Shown here piece by piece: positions 1 to 9,735 of a DNA stretch of 64,000 nt. Location of the stretch: contig CBDBBI010000010.1 of NCBI GenBank assembly GCA_965202625.1, forward strand, positions 1,888,001 through 1,952,000, given 5' to 3'. The notes under the pieces are model-generated. The model was not told where the DNA came from. It was given only the letters and a program-made list of their open reading frames with translations, and ran no database searches. The first letter of the stretch is position 1. Every line of letters starts with the position of its first letter. The translations under genes were made by a program, and so were the position numbers. The stretch is from a bacterium. GTDB taxonomy: Bacteria > UBA8248.

Positions 1-1
1 G

Positions 2-1327
2 GCGGGTGCAGCCCTCAAACACGCCATCCGCCATTATCCTCCCGGCGACCCACTACGCGCGGAGGCGCGGTATTATCTGGCCAGGAATCACCTGCGCGAG
101 AGAGACCAACCCGCCTTTGAGGCGCAGGCGCGGCGCTTGCTCAAGGAAACGCGAAAGGGGAAATGGGCGGCGCGGACGCGCTATCTCCTCGCGCGCATCT
201 ATGAGGACGATCGCAATTTCTCCAAGGCCGCGCGCCACTACAGGGAGGTGATCGCCAAGCATCCGCGCTCCCCGCTGACGCCCAAGGCGCGCTTTCGGCT
301 CGCTTGGCTTCGCTTCAAGTCGAGGGACTACCGCCTTGCGCAGAAGGGGTTTTCCAAGATGAGAGACGCCCACCCGGAGCACTGGCTGGTGGGGGCCGCG
401 ACGTATTGGGCCGCGGCGGCGGCGGAAAGAAGGGGGAAGCGCAAGAGCGCCATCGCCCAGTACCGCGCCTGCGCCCGGGAATATCGCCACCGCTATTATG
501 GACAACTATCCCTGCACGCGCTTGACCGCCTGGGGCGGACGGGCGACCCAAACGCGCTCAAGCCGATTCCGCCAAGAGAAGCTGGCTATCGAGAGTGGAT
601 GCGCCTCCCCCCAAAAAGCACCGCCATCCGACAGGCGGCCGAACTGCTCTCTTCCATGGGCTTTCATACGCTCGCCGTCCTGGAATATCGCCGCCTCGGC
701 GCATCTCCCTATGCGCACTACCAAGCGGCGCTCTCTCTCACGGAAGCGGGGCAGAGCCACCGCGCCATAGAATTGATGAACAAATTTTTCTGGGGCTCGG
801 TGCGCTCGGGCGGAAGCGACCTGCCGAGATCGTTCTGGAGAATCGTCTATCCGACCGTCGTGAAGCGCGCTGAACCCGGTGGGGCGAACCCCTATCTGGT
901 GAACGCCCTCATCCGGGCGGAGAGCTCCTTCAACCCGCGCGCGTTCTCCCGCGCCGGCGCACGGGGACTCATGCAGCTCATGCCCGCGACAGGGCGGAGC
1001 CTCGCGAGAAAACACAAAATCCCCATCTCATCCGTCAACGACCTGTTCGACCCGGGGGTCAACACACGGCTGGGCGCAAGGCATCTGGGCGCGCTCATTC
1101 GCGATTTTGACGGCGCGATCGTCCCCGCGATAGCGAGCTACAATGCAGGCCGCGCCGCCGTCAGGAGATGGTGGAAGAAAAGAGGCCGCCGCAAGCCGAT
1201 AGACGTCTTTATCGAGGATATCCCCTACTCCGAGACAAGGAACTACGTCAAAAGGGTGCTAACCTATTACCGCGAATACAAGCGAATCTACGGAGAAGCG
1301 AATCGGCCAAGAGCGTCTGCCCCATGA
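2..1327 (+). CDS. Soluble lytic transglycosylase (Slt-like) with N-terminal TPR repeats, 5'-partial
   Basis: Frame is open from position 2. TPR-like helices are followed by SLT motifs IRAESSF, GLMQLMP, ASYNAG and ETRNYV. Confidence 0.9.
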   Translation, partial: AGAALKHAIRHYPPGDPLRAEARYYLARNHLRERDQPAFEAQARRLLKETRKGKWAARTRYLLARIYEDDRNFSKAARHYREVIAKHPRSPLTPKARFRLAWLRFKSRDYRLAQKGFSKMRDAHPEHWLVGAATYWAAAAAERRGKRKSAIAQYRACAREYRHRYYGQLSLHALDRLGRTGDPNALKPIPPREAGYREWMRLPPKSTAIRQAAELLSSMGFHTLAVLEYRRLGASPYAHYQAALSLTEAGQSHRAIELMNKFFWGSVRSGGSDLPRSFWRIVYPTVVKRAEPGGANPYLVNALIRAESSFNPRAFSRAGARGLMQLMPATGRSLARKHKIPISSVNDLFDPGVNTRLGARHLGALIRDFDGAIVPAIASYNAGRAAVRRWWKKRGRRKPIDVFIEDIPYSETRNYVKRVLTYYREYKRIYGEANRPRASAP

Positions 1328-2538
1328 GCGCCGCGCGGCCGCTGCTCGCGGTCGGCCTGATGTCAGGAACCTCCGCCGATGGGGTGGACGCCGCCCTAGT
1401 CCGCATCCTTCCGGCCGAGCGCCCCAAGATCGAAACGCTCGGCTTTCACACCGTCACCTACCCGAGACGTCTCAGGGAACGAGTTCTACTGGCCGCAGGC
1501 CGGAAAGGCACCCGAACAGACGAGATATGTGCGCTACACCGGGAGGTGGGCGAGGCGTTCGCCGCAGCCGCGCGCGATGTGGCCTCAAAAACCGGAACCC
1601 CGCTGGAGAGCGTCGATTTCTTAGGCAGCCACGGCCAGACGGTGCGCCACCTTCCCGAGGGAGGAGAGGGAGAACGCGGGCCATTGCTCCCCTCCACCCT
1701 TCAGATCGGCGACCCCGCCCCCATCGCCGCGCGCACGGGGGCAACGTGCGTCTCTGATTTTCGCGCGCGCGATATGGTCGCGGGCGGAGCGGGCGCACCC
1801 CTAACCCCCTGGGCGCACCGGATACTCTTCAGCCGAAAAAGCGCGCCCGCCGCTTTCGTGAACCTGGGCGGCATCTCGAACCTCACCTACCTTCCCCCCT
1901 GGGGCGAGGGGGGCGCATTCGGCTTCGACTGCGGACCGGCGAACATGACCCTCGACTCCCTCGCCCACCGCCTCACGAACGGAGAGAGAAACTACGATCA
2001 GGACGGCGCGATGGCGGCGGCGGGCCGCGTGTGTCCCGAAACCCTAGCCGAACTCAAGGAATGCGCCTACCTCAAGCGAAAGCCTCCCAAAAGCACGGGC
2101 AGAGAAACCTTCGGCGAAGCGTTCGTCGATGAGACCGTTGAGCGCATGGCCTCTCGCGGGAGCGACGCGAAAGACGCCATCGCTACGCTCACCGCGTTCT
2201 CCGCCGCCTGCGTAGCGGACGCGATTCAGAATTTTTTTCCGAAAGACGCACCGCCCGATGCGCTTCTCAGCGGCGGCGGCGGCGTCCACAACAAAACCCT
2301 AATGCGCCATTTGCGCGACGCCTTGGGCGACCTCCCCCTCGTCACGAGCGACGCGCGGGGCGTCGCACCCGACGCAGTCGAGGCCGTCTGCTTTGCCCTG
2401 CTCGCGTGGGGAACTCTCTCCGGACGCGCGAACAACCTACCGGACGCAACCGGCGCGAGAGAGGCCGTACTCCTCGGAAACATCACGCCGGGGAGGAATT
2501 TCGCCTCCTTGATGAGGCGTTTTCACGCCGCCGCCTGA
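1324..2538 (+). CDS. anmK: Anhydro-N-acetylmuramic acid kinase
   Basis: Motifs GLMSGTSADGVD, GSHGQTVRH, DFRARD..GGAGAPL, NLGGISN, FDCGPAN and KSTGRE. ATG at 1324 overlaps the slt stop. Confidence 0.95.
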   Translation: MSAARPLLAVGLMSGTSADGVDAALVRILPAERPKIETLGFHTVTYPRRLRERVLLAAGRKGTRTDEICALHREVGEAFAAAARDVASKTGTPLESVDFLGSHGQTVRHLPEGGEGERGPLLPSTLQIGDPAPIAARTGATCVSDFRARDMVAGGAGAPLTPWAHRILFSRKSAPAAFVNLGGISNLTYLPPWGEGGAFGFDCGPANMTLDSLAHRLTNGERNYDQDGAMAAAGRVCPETLAELKECAYLKRKPPKSTGRETFGEAFVDETVERMASRGSDAKDAIATLTAFSAACVADAIQNFFPKDAPPDALLSGGGGVHNKTLMRHLRDALGDLPLVTSDARGVAPDAVEAVCFALLAWGTLSGRANNLPDATGAREAVLLGNITPGRNFASLMRRFHAAA

Positions 2539-2611
2539 GCGAGCGCGTATGCAAATCGTCCGAAATGCGGCATCATATCTCTCTTGACGCTCAACCGCCG
2601 GGAGGTATGAC

Positions 2612-3799
2612 GTGGAAGCAACTATTGAGGCCCAGGCTGTCTCGCTCGCCAAAGAGCTGATCGGCATTCGGAGTGAGAACCCCACGGGCGATGAGTCCGG
2701 CATGGCAGATCGGATGGAGGCGTTTTTTCTCGACGTCGGTCTGGAAGTGGCGCGCGAGCGCGTCGCACATGGGCGCGAGAACGTGACCGCCGAGATCGCG
2801 GGCGCGGAAAGCGGCCCCGCTCTGGTCTTTCTCAATCACATGGACACCGTACCTGCAGGCGAGGGCTGGTCGCGCGACCCATTTCTCGCGACTGAGGCGG
2901 ACGGAAAAATCTGGGGCCGGGGAAGCTGCGACATGAAAGGCGGCATCGCCGCGATCCTCGCGGCCATTCAGCATCTCAAGGGACGAATCGACCGGGGAGA
3001 GAAGGCGCGCGGCACGGTGCGCTGTTGCATGGTGGTGGACGAGGAAAGCGGCCGGATGACAGGAACGGAAGCGGTCATAGCGCGCGGGCGCGTGCGCGCG
3101 GACGACATCGTGATCTCCTGCGAGCCGACCGACCTCGCCCTGGTGACGGCGCAAAAGGGCGCCATGTGGACTACGCTCACCTTCCGCGGCAAAAGCGCCC
3201 ACGCCGCGACGCCCCACATGGGTGCGGACGCGATTCACGCCGCCGCCCACGCAGTGGTGGCACTCCAAGAGGCGGTCTCGGAACTCCCCTACGAGGACCC
3301 CCTTCTGGGCCGATGCACCATGGTCGCCAGCATCATCAAGGGCGGACACAAAACCAACGTGGTCTCCGAGAGATGCGAAATCCAGGTGGACGCCCGCTTC
3401 GTCCCTCCCTTTCAGGCGTCCGACGTTGAGCAGCTCATCCGCGAGAAAGCCGCCGGGGCGTGCTCCAAGACACCCGGAGTCGCATTCTCCCTGCGCACCA
3501 CCATCTCGGACCGCCCGCCCGTCAGGGCGGACTTAAACCACGCGGGCGCAAGACTCATCCTGAAGACCTTGGAAGAAGTCCTGGGCACCGTTCCCGCTCC
3601 CGCGGGCGTGAGCTATTATTCGGACGCAGGGATGGTGGCGGCGCGGACGGGAAACCGAAACTGCTTCCTTCTCGGACCAGGAAACATTGAACAAGCCCAC
3701 GCGTCTGATGAATTCATCGAGGCCGCCTCCCTGAGAAAAGCGGCGCGCGTCTACGCCAGACTCATGGAGAAATTCGCCTTGGGGGAAACGGCAGCGTGA
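2612..3799 (+). CDS. M20 family metallopeptidase (ArgE/DapE-like deacylase)
   Basis: Motifs HMDTV, GRGSCDMKGG, DEE, EPT, GKSAHA and C-terminal AHxxDE. Confidence 0.9.
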   Translation: MEATIEAQAVSLAKELIGIRSENPTGDESGMADRMEAFFLDVGLEVARERVAHGRENVTAEIAGAESGPALVFLNHMDTVPAGEGWSRDPFLATEADGKIWGRGSCDMKGGIAAILAAIQHLKGRIDRGEKARGTVRCCMVVDEESGRMTGTEAVIARGRVRADDIVISCEPTDLALVTAQKGAMWTTLTFRGKSAHAATPHMGADAIHAAAHAVVALQEAVSELPYEDPLLGRCTMVASIIKGGHKTNVVSERCEIQVDARFVPPFQASDVEQLIREKAAGACSKTPGVAFSLRTTISDRPPVRADLNHAGARLILKTLEEVLGTVPAPAGVSYYSDAGMVAARTGNRNCFLLGPGNIEQAHASDEFIEAASLRKAARVYARLMEKFALGETAA

Positions 3800-3818
3800 A
3801 AACTATCCAGGAGCACCC

Positions 3819-4961
3819 CTATTTTCTTATGAGGAACAAGAACTCCCTGTTGGGTTTCTCCACCTCCGGCAGCCAATCATTCGTCCATTTCATAGCAGCC
3901 ATCACGTTCTTTTTATAATCAATTTTTAAGACATCGACAAGTTCTCCATTATCTCTTATCACTTCATTTATCTCCTCAGCAGTCGCTCTTCCACCAGAAC
4001 TGTAAGAGAGCAAAATCCATTTACACGGCGTTTTTTTGACGAGGCGCTCGATTGCCTCCACCACAACGAACCTTCCCGAAGCGTTCCTGCGAAATTCCTC
4101 AAACACCGAAGTTGCCACCTTGTCGGACGTGTCTTTTCTTCGCAAAGCCTTTCCAAAAACTGAGGGTCTGTCGTTCTTGCAAACAGTAGTCCACAGGTGG
4201 TAGTAAGAGGCGTAGCGCACCCTGGAAGGAGGCATTTTTGCATTATTTGAGCCATACGGAGGATCATAATAAGCGAGGTCTGCGTCCGCTTCGGAGAGAG
4301 ACGCAAAAACATCGCCGCACAAGACAACGTTCTCCGTCTCGTTTCGCCATAATCGCGGAACTTTCAATCTCAAATCCTTAAATGACCTGGCAGACCAGTC
4401 TTTCAGGTATGAGGCGAAATGGCCAAGCGTGCTATCCACCCCGTCCAACCCCAGAATCAGGCTCGCCAAAGCCACGCTCTTTGAAACCTCGTCAAGGTTC
4501 AGAACATCAATTTCCTTTCTAATCGCGTCGAGTTTTCTCGTGTTCTTTCTCTGCCAAGGCTTTTTTGTGCCGTCTTTCTGAATGGCGTTGTTGCGGGCGT
4601 CGGTTCTGACATCACCGCCGTAATTCTCGGTAAACCACCCATCTTCAGGAGGGATAGAGTTCAAATAGTCAATGAGCGATTGATATTCTTCCGGGTTTTT
4701 CAGGTTCTGCAAATAACATACGCCAAAAGTCCTTGACCATTCTGAAACGTCGTTCGCCACCACGCGATACCCCGCCTTGGCGAAAGCCTGGCTTACTCTT
4801 GTGGAACCCGAGAAGCCATCAAAAATACTTTTCGCCCCAGTCTTTTTTGACAACTCAAGAATCTGGGGTATCAGTCTAAGTTTGGAGCCTACATACTTGA
4901 CACCCTCGGTCCTAAGGGTTTCGAAGCAACTATCGAAAGGTAGGGCGGCCTGAGCCTGCAT
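3819..4961 (-). CDS. D12-class N6-adenine DNA methyltransferase
   Basis: KYVGSK, FDGFSGS (SAM-binding) and YYDPPY (catalytic). Start overlaps the upstream stop (TAATG). Visibly lower GC. Confidence 0.9.
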   Translation of the reverse strand: MQAQAALPFDSCFETLRTEGVKYVGSKLRLIPQILELSKKTGAKSIFDGFSGSTRVSQAFAKAGYRVVANDVSEWSRTFGVCYLQNLKNPEEYQSLIDYLNSIPPEDGWFTENYGGDVRTDARNNAIQKDGTKKPWQRKNTRKLDAIRKEIDVLNLDEVSKSVALASLILGLDGVDSTLGHFASYLKDWSARSFKDLRLKVPRLWRNETENVVLCGDVFASLSEADADLAYYDPPYGSNNAKMPPSRVRYASYYHLWTTVCKNDRPSVFGKALRRKDTSDKVATSVFEEFRRNASGRFVVVEAIERLVKKTPCKWILLSYSSGGRATAEEINEVIRDNGELVDVLKIDYKKNVMAAMKWTNDWLPEVEKPNREFLFLIRK

Positions 4962-5843
4962 TACGCCGACCCGAGACCTGAGTCCCTTTTGAGTCTCAGA
5001 ATGTCGCCTTGAATTTTTTCAAGGGCCTCGCCATGGCCGGATTCAGAGGAAACCAGCGCATGAGACAACAAATTCACCAAGACAAGATTATGAGAGTATT
5101 CGATCCATCCACCAGTTACGCTATCAAAATAATCTAAACCATTTTTTGTATGAGTCCAAAGACCCCGTTGGAGAGCATTGGCCGCCGCATCTCCATAACG
5201 CACCTCACAAATATAGGCATCCTGGGCATTATAAAATCGAAATACCGGATGAATTCTACCCCGCTTTTTCGACTCCTTTGAAATTCTTACCGTTTCGACC
5301 TCCGCGCGGTTATAGTCAAAAACAAGAATATTACAACGTTGCTTTTTTTCATCATAAATGAGGGGCAAGACGTTGATATTTCGGAAATCAGAAAAAGCCG
5401 GGTCGGCGAGGACTCGCCGAACATTCTGCCTGCCTATAACGTCCCCGCCCTCTTGCTCTAAACGCGGAAACATCCTTGAAGTCTTTGTCCGTTGAAAGCT
5501 GAAGCGGGCCGTCTCCGTATGCTTTTAAACTGACCGGAAATTCAGCCTTGGTTATCTCATTGATTATTTGAATATCTTCCTCTTTAGACTTCGCCCTGTA
5601 TAGATTCTTGCCAACATGCTGAGATCGAAAATCATACATGTACTGGTTGATAAACTCGGCCATGGCGATTTCCGCCAAATCCCCATGGGTTTTGTTTCCA
5701 ATGAGACGCATGGTAAAAATGTTGCTCAACGTCGTGACGATGAGATCCGGGAATTTGCTGGCAAAGAGTCTCAGTTGCGACGTGAAATCCTTGTAAGGGT
5801 CAAAAGCCGTCTGTCCATATATTCGAGCTTCATCATTTCCCAT
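4961..5843 (-). pseudogene. Putative type II restriction endonuclease, split by a single-base frameshift near 5474
   Basis: The MGNDEAR... frame (ATG 5843) joins the MFPRLEQ... frame if one base is removed in TTC AAG G ATG. PD-(D/E)xK-like E...D...SLK motif; coupled to the MTase. Confidence 0.7.
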
Positions 5844-5911
5844 TGTGTACCGTCCCTGTATCAAGGAGGAGAAAGCCGGGCCGGACGCTAGAGACTGGGA
5901 AACGAAACCCC

Positions 5912-8080
5912 TCACGGGTGCCTGTCCAGCTCCTGGAAAGTTTCCAGAACTCTTTCGAGCGCCTTCGACGCGCCAAGTTCCTGAAAAATGCGGCGCGCCT
6001 CGTTCAAGTGCTCGCGAGCGGTCTCCCGCTCTCCTTCCTCGATGCACACCCGGCCTAGGCTCCATAGTGCCTTGGCCTCGGCGCGGGCGTCTCCCCGTTT
6101 CCGGTTGATCCCAAGGGCCATCTCATACGCCTCGCGCGCCTCTGCGAAATCGCCCCTGGCGCGGTGAATGTCCCCCATGCCAGCAAGATTCGCCGCCTCG
6201 CCCTCTTTGTTTTCAAGTTCTCGATTCAGCTCCAGGGAATTCTCGTAATGCTGCAACGCGCGCGTGAAGCGGTACTGTGCCGCGAAGGTCGCACCCATTT
6301 GGCCGTAGGTCAGGGCCTCTCCCGCCCTGTCCTCGGTTTTTTTGCAAACCTCCAGGGAGTCCTTCAGACTCGCCTGGGCGAGTTCGTACTCGCCCATTCC
6401 GATCTGGGCGGACGCCAAGGCGACGCGCGCCCGGACCTCCTCGCCGCCCTTTCCCAGATTGTCGAACAAGCGCGCCGCATCCGATAGGTGCGCCCTGGCT
6501 TTCTCGTGATTTCCTAGGCGCCAGAACAGTTTGCCCGCCCGCAGACGCAGCGAGAAAATCTGCTCGGGCCTTCCCCGCAACTCGAGGAAACCGAGCGCCA
6601 TCTCATAGGACTCCGCCGCCTCGGCGTCATCGCCCTTGTACTGATAGAAATATCCCAGATTCTGGGAGACTACGGCCTGTATCGACTCATCCTGACCTGC
6701 TTCCCGCAACGCCTCCCGACAATAGGATATCGCGGGCTCTACCTTTTCGCGCAAAAACGAAGTCACGGCCAGCGCGTTGAGAACGGACCCGATCTGACTC
6801 ACGTGCCGCAGCGCTTCCTTGAGGTGGCCCGTCGCCTCATCACAGCGCCCCAGCATCACCTCCAAAATGGCCAGGCGTAGATATTCCTCGGGCGCGGGCG
6901 GCTGCCGGTCGCCTTGGCGTTCAAGCAGGTCGAGACGCGCAGCGTCCACGACTTCCGGCGCCCAGGCGGGGAGGTCTCCGCCTACGCTTTCCATCAGAAT
7001 CAAATCTCCCGGACAAACCTCCGCGACGAGTTCGCGTATCAATTCGGGGGGCGCGCCCACTTCACGCGAAACAACCTCTGGCGCATCTTCCACGCGCCCC
7101 GCCGGCGTCTCATCCGCAAACCGAGACCCCCCGGAGGATTCCCGAGCGATCTCAAGTCCTTCATCATCCATCTCTGTTTCCGGCGCGGACTCCTTCCGGG
7201 CGCGCGCCTTCCACTTATCGGCCGCGTCCAGCAGGGAAGGATCGGTTTCCTCCCGATCCCGCTCGTCCCCAAAGGCGGATGCGTCTTCCCCGAGGGACGC
7301 GCTGTTCTGCCCCCCCCCAAAAGCGGGAGCAAACGTCTCGCCGACGCCGTCCGCCTCATCCCCTCGCTTACACGGCACCTCAGCGCGTGCGCTCTCGGAC
7401 GCGGACGACGCCACACCAGGGGGCGAGGCCCGGAGACTGGAGTCCTCCCCCTCGCCTTCCGCGCTCTCTTCCTCCCCGTCCACCCTCCGGTCGGTTTCGG
7501 CCACCTCCTCGTTCCCCTGGACAAAAGCGGCCCGGGCATCATCTTCTCCCGAACGAGGGGAGGATGCGTTCTCCATTGATGCCTCCTGCGGCGCATCGGA
7601 GTCGGCGTCCATGAGCTGGGCCACGGTGCGGCGATGTCCCACCTCCTCAGGCGCGGGCAAATTCTCCCACCAAGGCGCCTTGCCCGACTTCGTCTCCGGC
7701 CCCAGCTCCACGGAAGACACAGGCTCAGGCTCCTCAGAAGAGACATCGTCCAGCTTCCCCTTGAGGGGGAGCGCGCCCTCTTGCGCATCGCCCCGGAAGG
7801 GCGTCCAACCCTCGTCGGGCGTCAAGACTTCTTCTCCGTCCTTTGATTCCGCTCTCTCTTCGCGGGCCAAAGACTGAGAATTCGCCTCCGCAATCGGGCT
7901 TGAGACGTCCTCCAGAAAACCGCCCGCTTCGCCCATCGCATCCTCATCCCACAGCGCGGGGAGAAGCTCCCTTCGCCTTTGAGAGCGGCGATCCATCCAC
8001 CAAACGACAGGGATGCTCACCAAGGCGAGAGCGCCCACCAGGATAAGTACCGTATTCGTATTCAGTAAAGACATCTCCAT
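5912..8080 (-). CDS. Membrane-anchored TPR-repeat protein with long acidic low-complexity linker
   Basis: N-terminal hydrophobic helix, ~350 aa E/D/S/P/A-rich region, then many TPR repeats (A..LG......G.Y.EA...Y..AL). Confidence 0.85.
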   Translation of the reverse strand: MEMSLLNTNTVLILVGALALVSIPVVWWMDRRSQRRRELLPALWDEDAMGEAGGFLEDVSSPIAEANSQSLAREERAESKDGEEVLTPDEGWTPFRGDAQEGALPLKGKLDDVSSEEPEPVSSVELGPETKSGKAPWWENLPAPEEVGHRRTVAQLMDADSDAPQEASMENASSPRSGEDDARAAFVQGNEEVAETDRRVDGEEESAEGEGEDSSLRASPPGVASSASESARAEVPCKRGDEADGVGETFAPAFGGGQNSASLGEDASAFGDERDREETDPSLLDAADKWKARARKESAPETEMDDEGLEIARESSGGSRFADETPAGRVEDAPEVVSREVGAPPELIRELVAEVCPGDLILMESVGGDLPAWAPEVVDAARLDLLERQGDRQPPAPEEYLRLAILEVMLGRCDEATGHLKEALRHVSQIGSVLNALAVTSFLREKVEPAISYCREALREAGQDESIQAVVSQNLGYFYQYKGDDAEAAESYEMALGFLELRGRPEQIFSLRLRAGKLFWRLGNHEKARAHLSDAARLFDNLGKGGEEVRARVALASAQIGMGEYELAQASLKDSLEVCKKTEDRAGEALTYGQMGATFAAQYRFTRALQHYENSLELNRELENKEGEAANLAGMGDIHRARGDFAEAREAYEMALGINRKRGDARAEAKALWSLGRVCIEEGERETAREHLNEARRIFQELGASKALERVLETFQELDRHP

Positions 8081-8083
8081 CTC

Positions 8084-9673
8084 CTATACCGCCGATTTGC
8101 GCAGCGCGCGGCCAGGGCGCGCGCCGGTATGGTTTCCGGCCTCCACGACCATCTCGCCGTTCACGATAACCATCTCGATCCCTGAAGGATACGCGACCGG
8201 ACGCTCATAGGTGCACTCATCCCGTATTTCGTCCGGATCGAACAGCACGAGATCGGCCTTCATGCCAACCGCCAGACGTCCCCGATCCGATATGCCTAGC
8301 CGCTGGCAGGGGGCGGAGGTCATCTTCCGTATTCCCTCCGCCAGTGAAAACAGTCCCTCGTCCCTCGCCAAGGCGCCCAGAACGAAGGGGAAGGTCCCAA
8401 AATTCCTCGGGTGTGGCCGGCCGGCGCCCAAGGGCGGCTCATGCGTGAGTGCGCCCGCATCCGAACCCACCATGACGTAGGGCTTTTGAAGGATGCGGCG
8501 CATGTTCTCCGCGCTCATCATAAAAATGAGAATCTCGACGTTCATCCTCTCCTGGATCAACAAATCGAGCATCGCGTCCACGGGCGCCAAACCCCGTGCC
8601 TCGCCCAATCCCGCGAGGGTGAGACCCTCGCAGGACTGGTTCTCCCTCGTGAACACCCGGCTGATCAAGACGCTCTCCCAATAGGAGGGCTCCGGACGCG
8701 CCCGCGCGATCTCTCCCCTTATCCTCGCCCTCGTCTCCGAATCCGCGAGCCGCCTCATCCTCTCGTCCAAGGCACCATCATGTACCCAATCGGGCAGCAG
8801 CGCGCTCAGATGGGTGTTCGAGGCCGTGTAGGGGTAGCGGTCGCAACTCACGTCCCCTCCCCCTGCGCGCGCACGCTCAATGCGCTCGAAAACCGCATCG
8901 AGCTTGCCCCAGTTCTGCGTCCCCGCCGTCTTCAGGTGACTAATCTGAAGCGGCAGCCCTGCCGTGGCCGCCGCCGCGATAACCTCGTCGATCGCCTCCA
9001 TCAGCGCGTCTCCCTCGCTGCGCATGTGCGTGGCGAGCAGCCCCCCGCCGCGCCCGGCGGCCCGGCAAAGCGCCGTCAGTTCCCCTGAATCCGCGAAACA
9101 GGCGGGCGCGTAGACCAATCCGGTGGAGAGGCCGAAGGCACCCTCCCGCATCCCTAGGGAGAGCATCTCCTCCATCGCGGCGAGCTCTCCCGCGCGTGCC
9201 GGGCGCGCCTCACCCCCCATCACGCTGGCGCGAATCGTGTTGTGACCCACCAGATGGGCATAGTTGATCGAGACACCCACCTCCTCCACACGGCGAAGAT
9301 GCGCGCGCACGCTCTGAAACGCGAGGTCCAAATCGTACTGCTCTCGATACCACTTTTTCCGCTCCTCAAACTCCGCCCCGCCAATCGGGGAAGCGGCGTA
9401 GCCGCAGTTGCCGCCCACGTCGGTCGTCACTCCCTGGCGAACTTTCGCGTGCGCCTCGGGGTTGATGAGGAGGTAGTAGTCGGAGTGGCCGTGAATGTCG
9501 ACGAACCCGGGGCTGAGCGCCAAGCCCCTCGCGTCGACCACGCGGCGTGCGGGGCCGCTCACCCTTGGGCCTAAGTCCGCGATGAGGCTTCCGCGAACGG
9601 CGAGCGCCCCCTCCCAAGGCACCGCGCCCAGACCGTCGAATATAGCGACACGCTCAAAGATGATGTCATGCAT
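8084..9673 (-). CDS. N-acyl-D-amino-acid deacylase (D-aminoacylase, amidohydrolase)
   Basis: PGFVDIHGHSD, GNCG, HMRSEG, ISHLK, GSDA and PHPRNFGTFP. Confidence 0.9.
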   Translation of the reverse strand: MHDIIFERVAIFDGLGAVPWEGALAVRGSLIADLGPRVSGPARRVVDARGLALSPGFVDIHGHSDYYLLINPEAHAKVRQGVTTDVGGNCGYAASPIGGAEFEERKKWYREQYDLDLAFQSVRAHLRRVEEVGVSINYAHLVGHNTIRASVMGGEARPARAGELAAMEEMLSLGMREGAFGLSTGLVYAPACFADSGELTALCRAAGRGGGLLATHMRSEGDALMEAIDEVIAAAATAGLPLQISHLKTAGTQNWGKLDAVFERIERARAGGGDVSCDRYPYTASNTHLSALLPDWVHDGALDERMRRLADSETRARIRGEIARARPEPSYWESVLISRVFTRENQSCEGLTLAGLGEARGLAPVDAMLDLLIQERMNVEILIFMMSAENMRRILQKPYVMVGSDAGALTHEPPLGAGRPHPRNFGTFPFVLGALARDEGLFSLAEGIRKMTSAPCQRLGISDRGRLAVGMKADLVLFDPDEIRDECTYERPVAYPSGIEMVIVNGEMVVEAGNHTGARPGRALRKSAV

Positions 9674-9735
9674 GGGGGACCGCCCGGGGCGGATTCGGTC
9701 CAAACGCCGATAACGAACAGATTATGGAGAAACCC

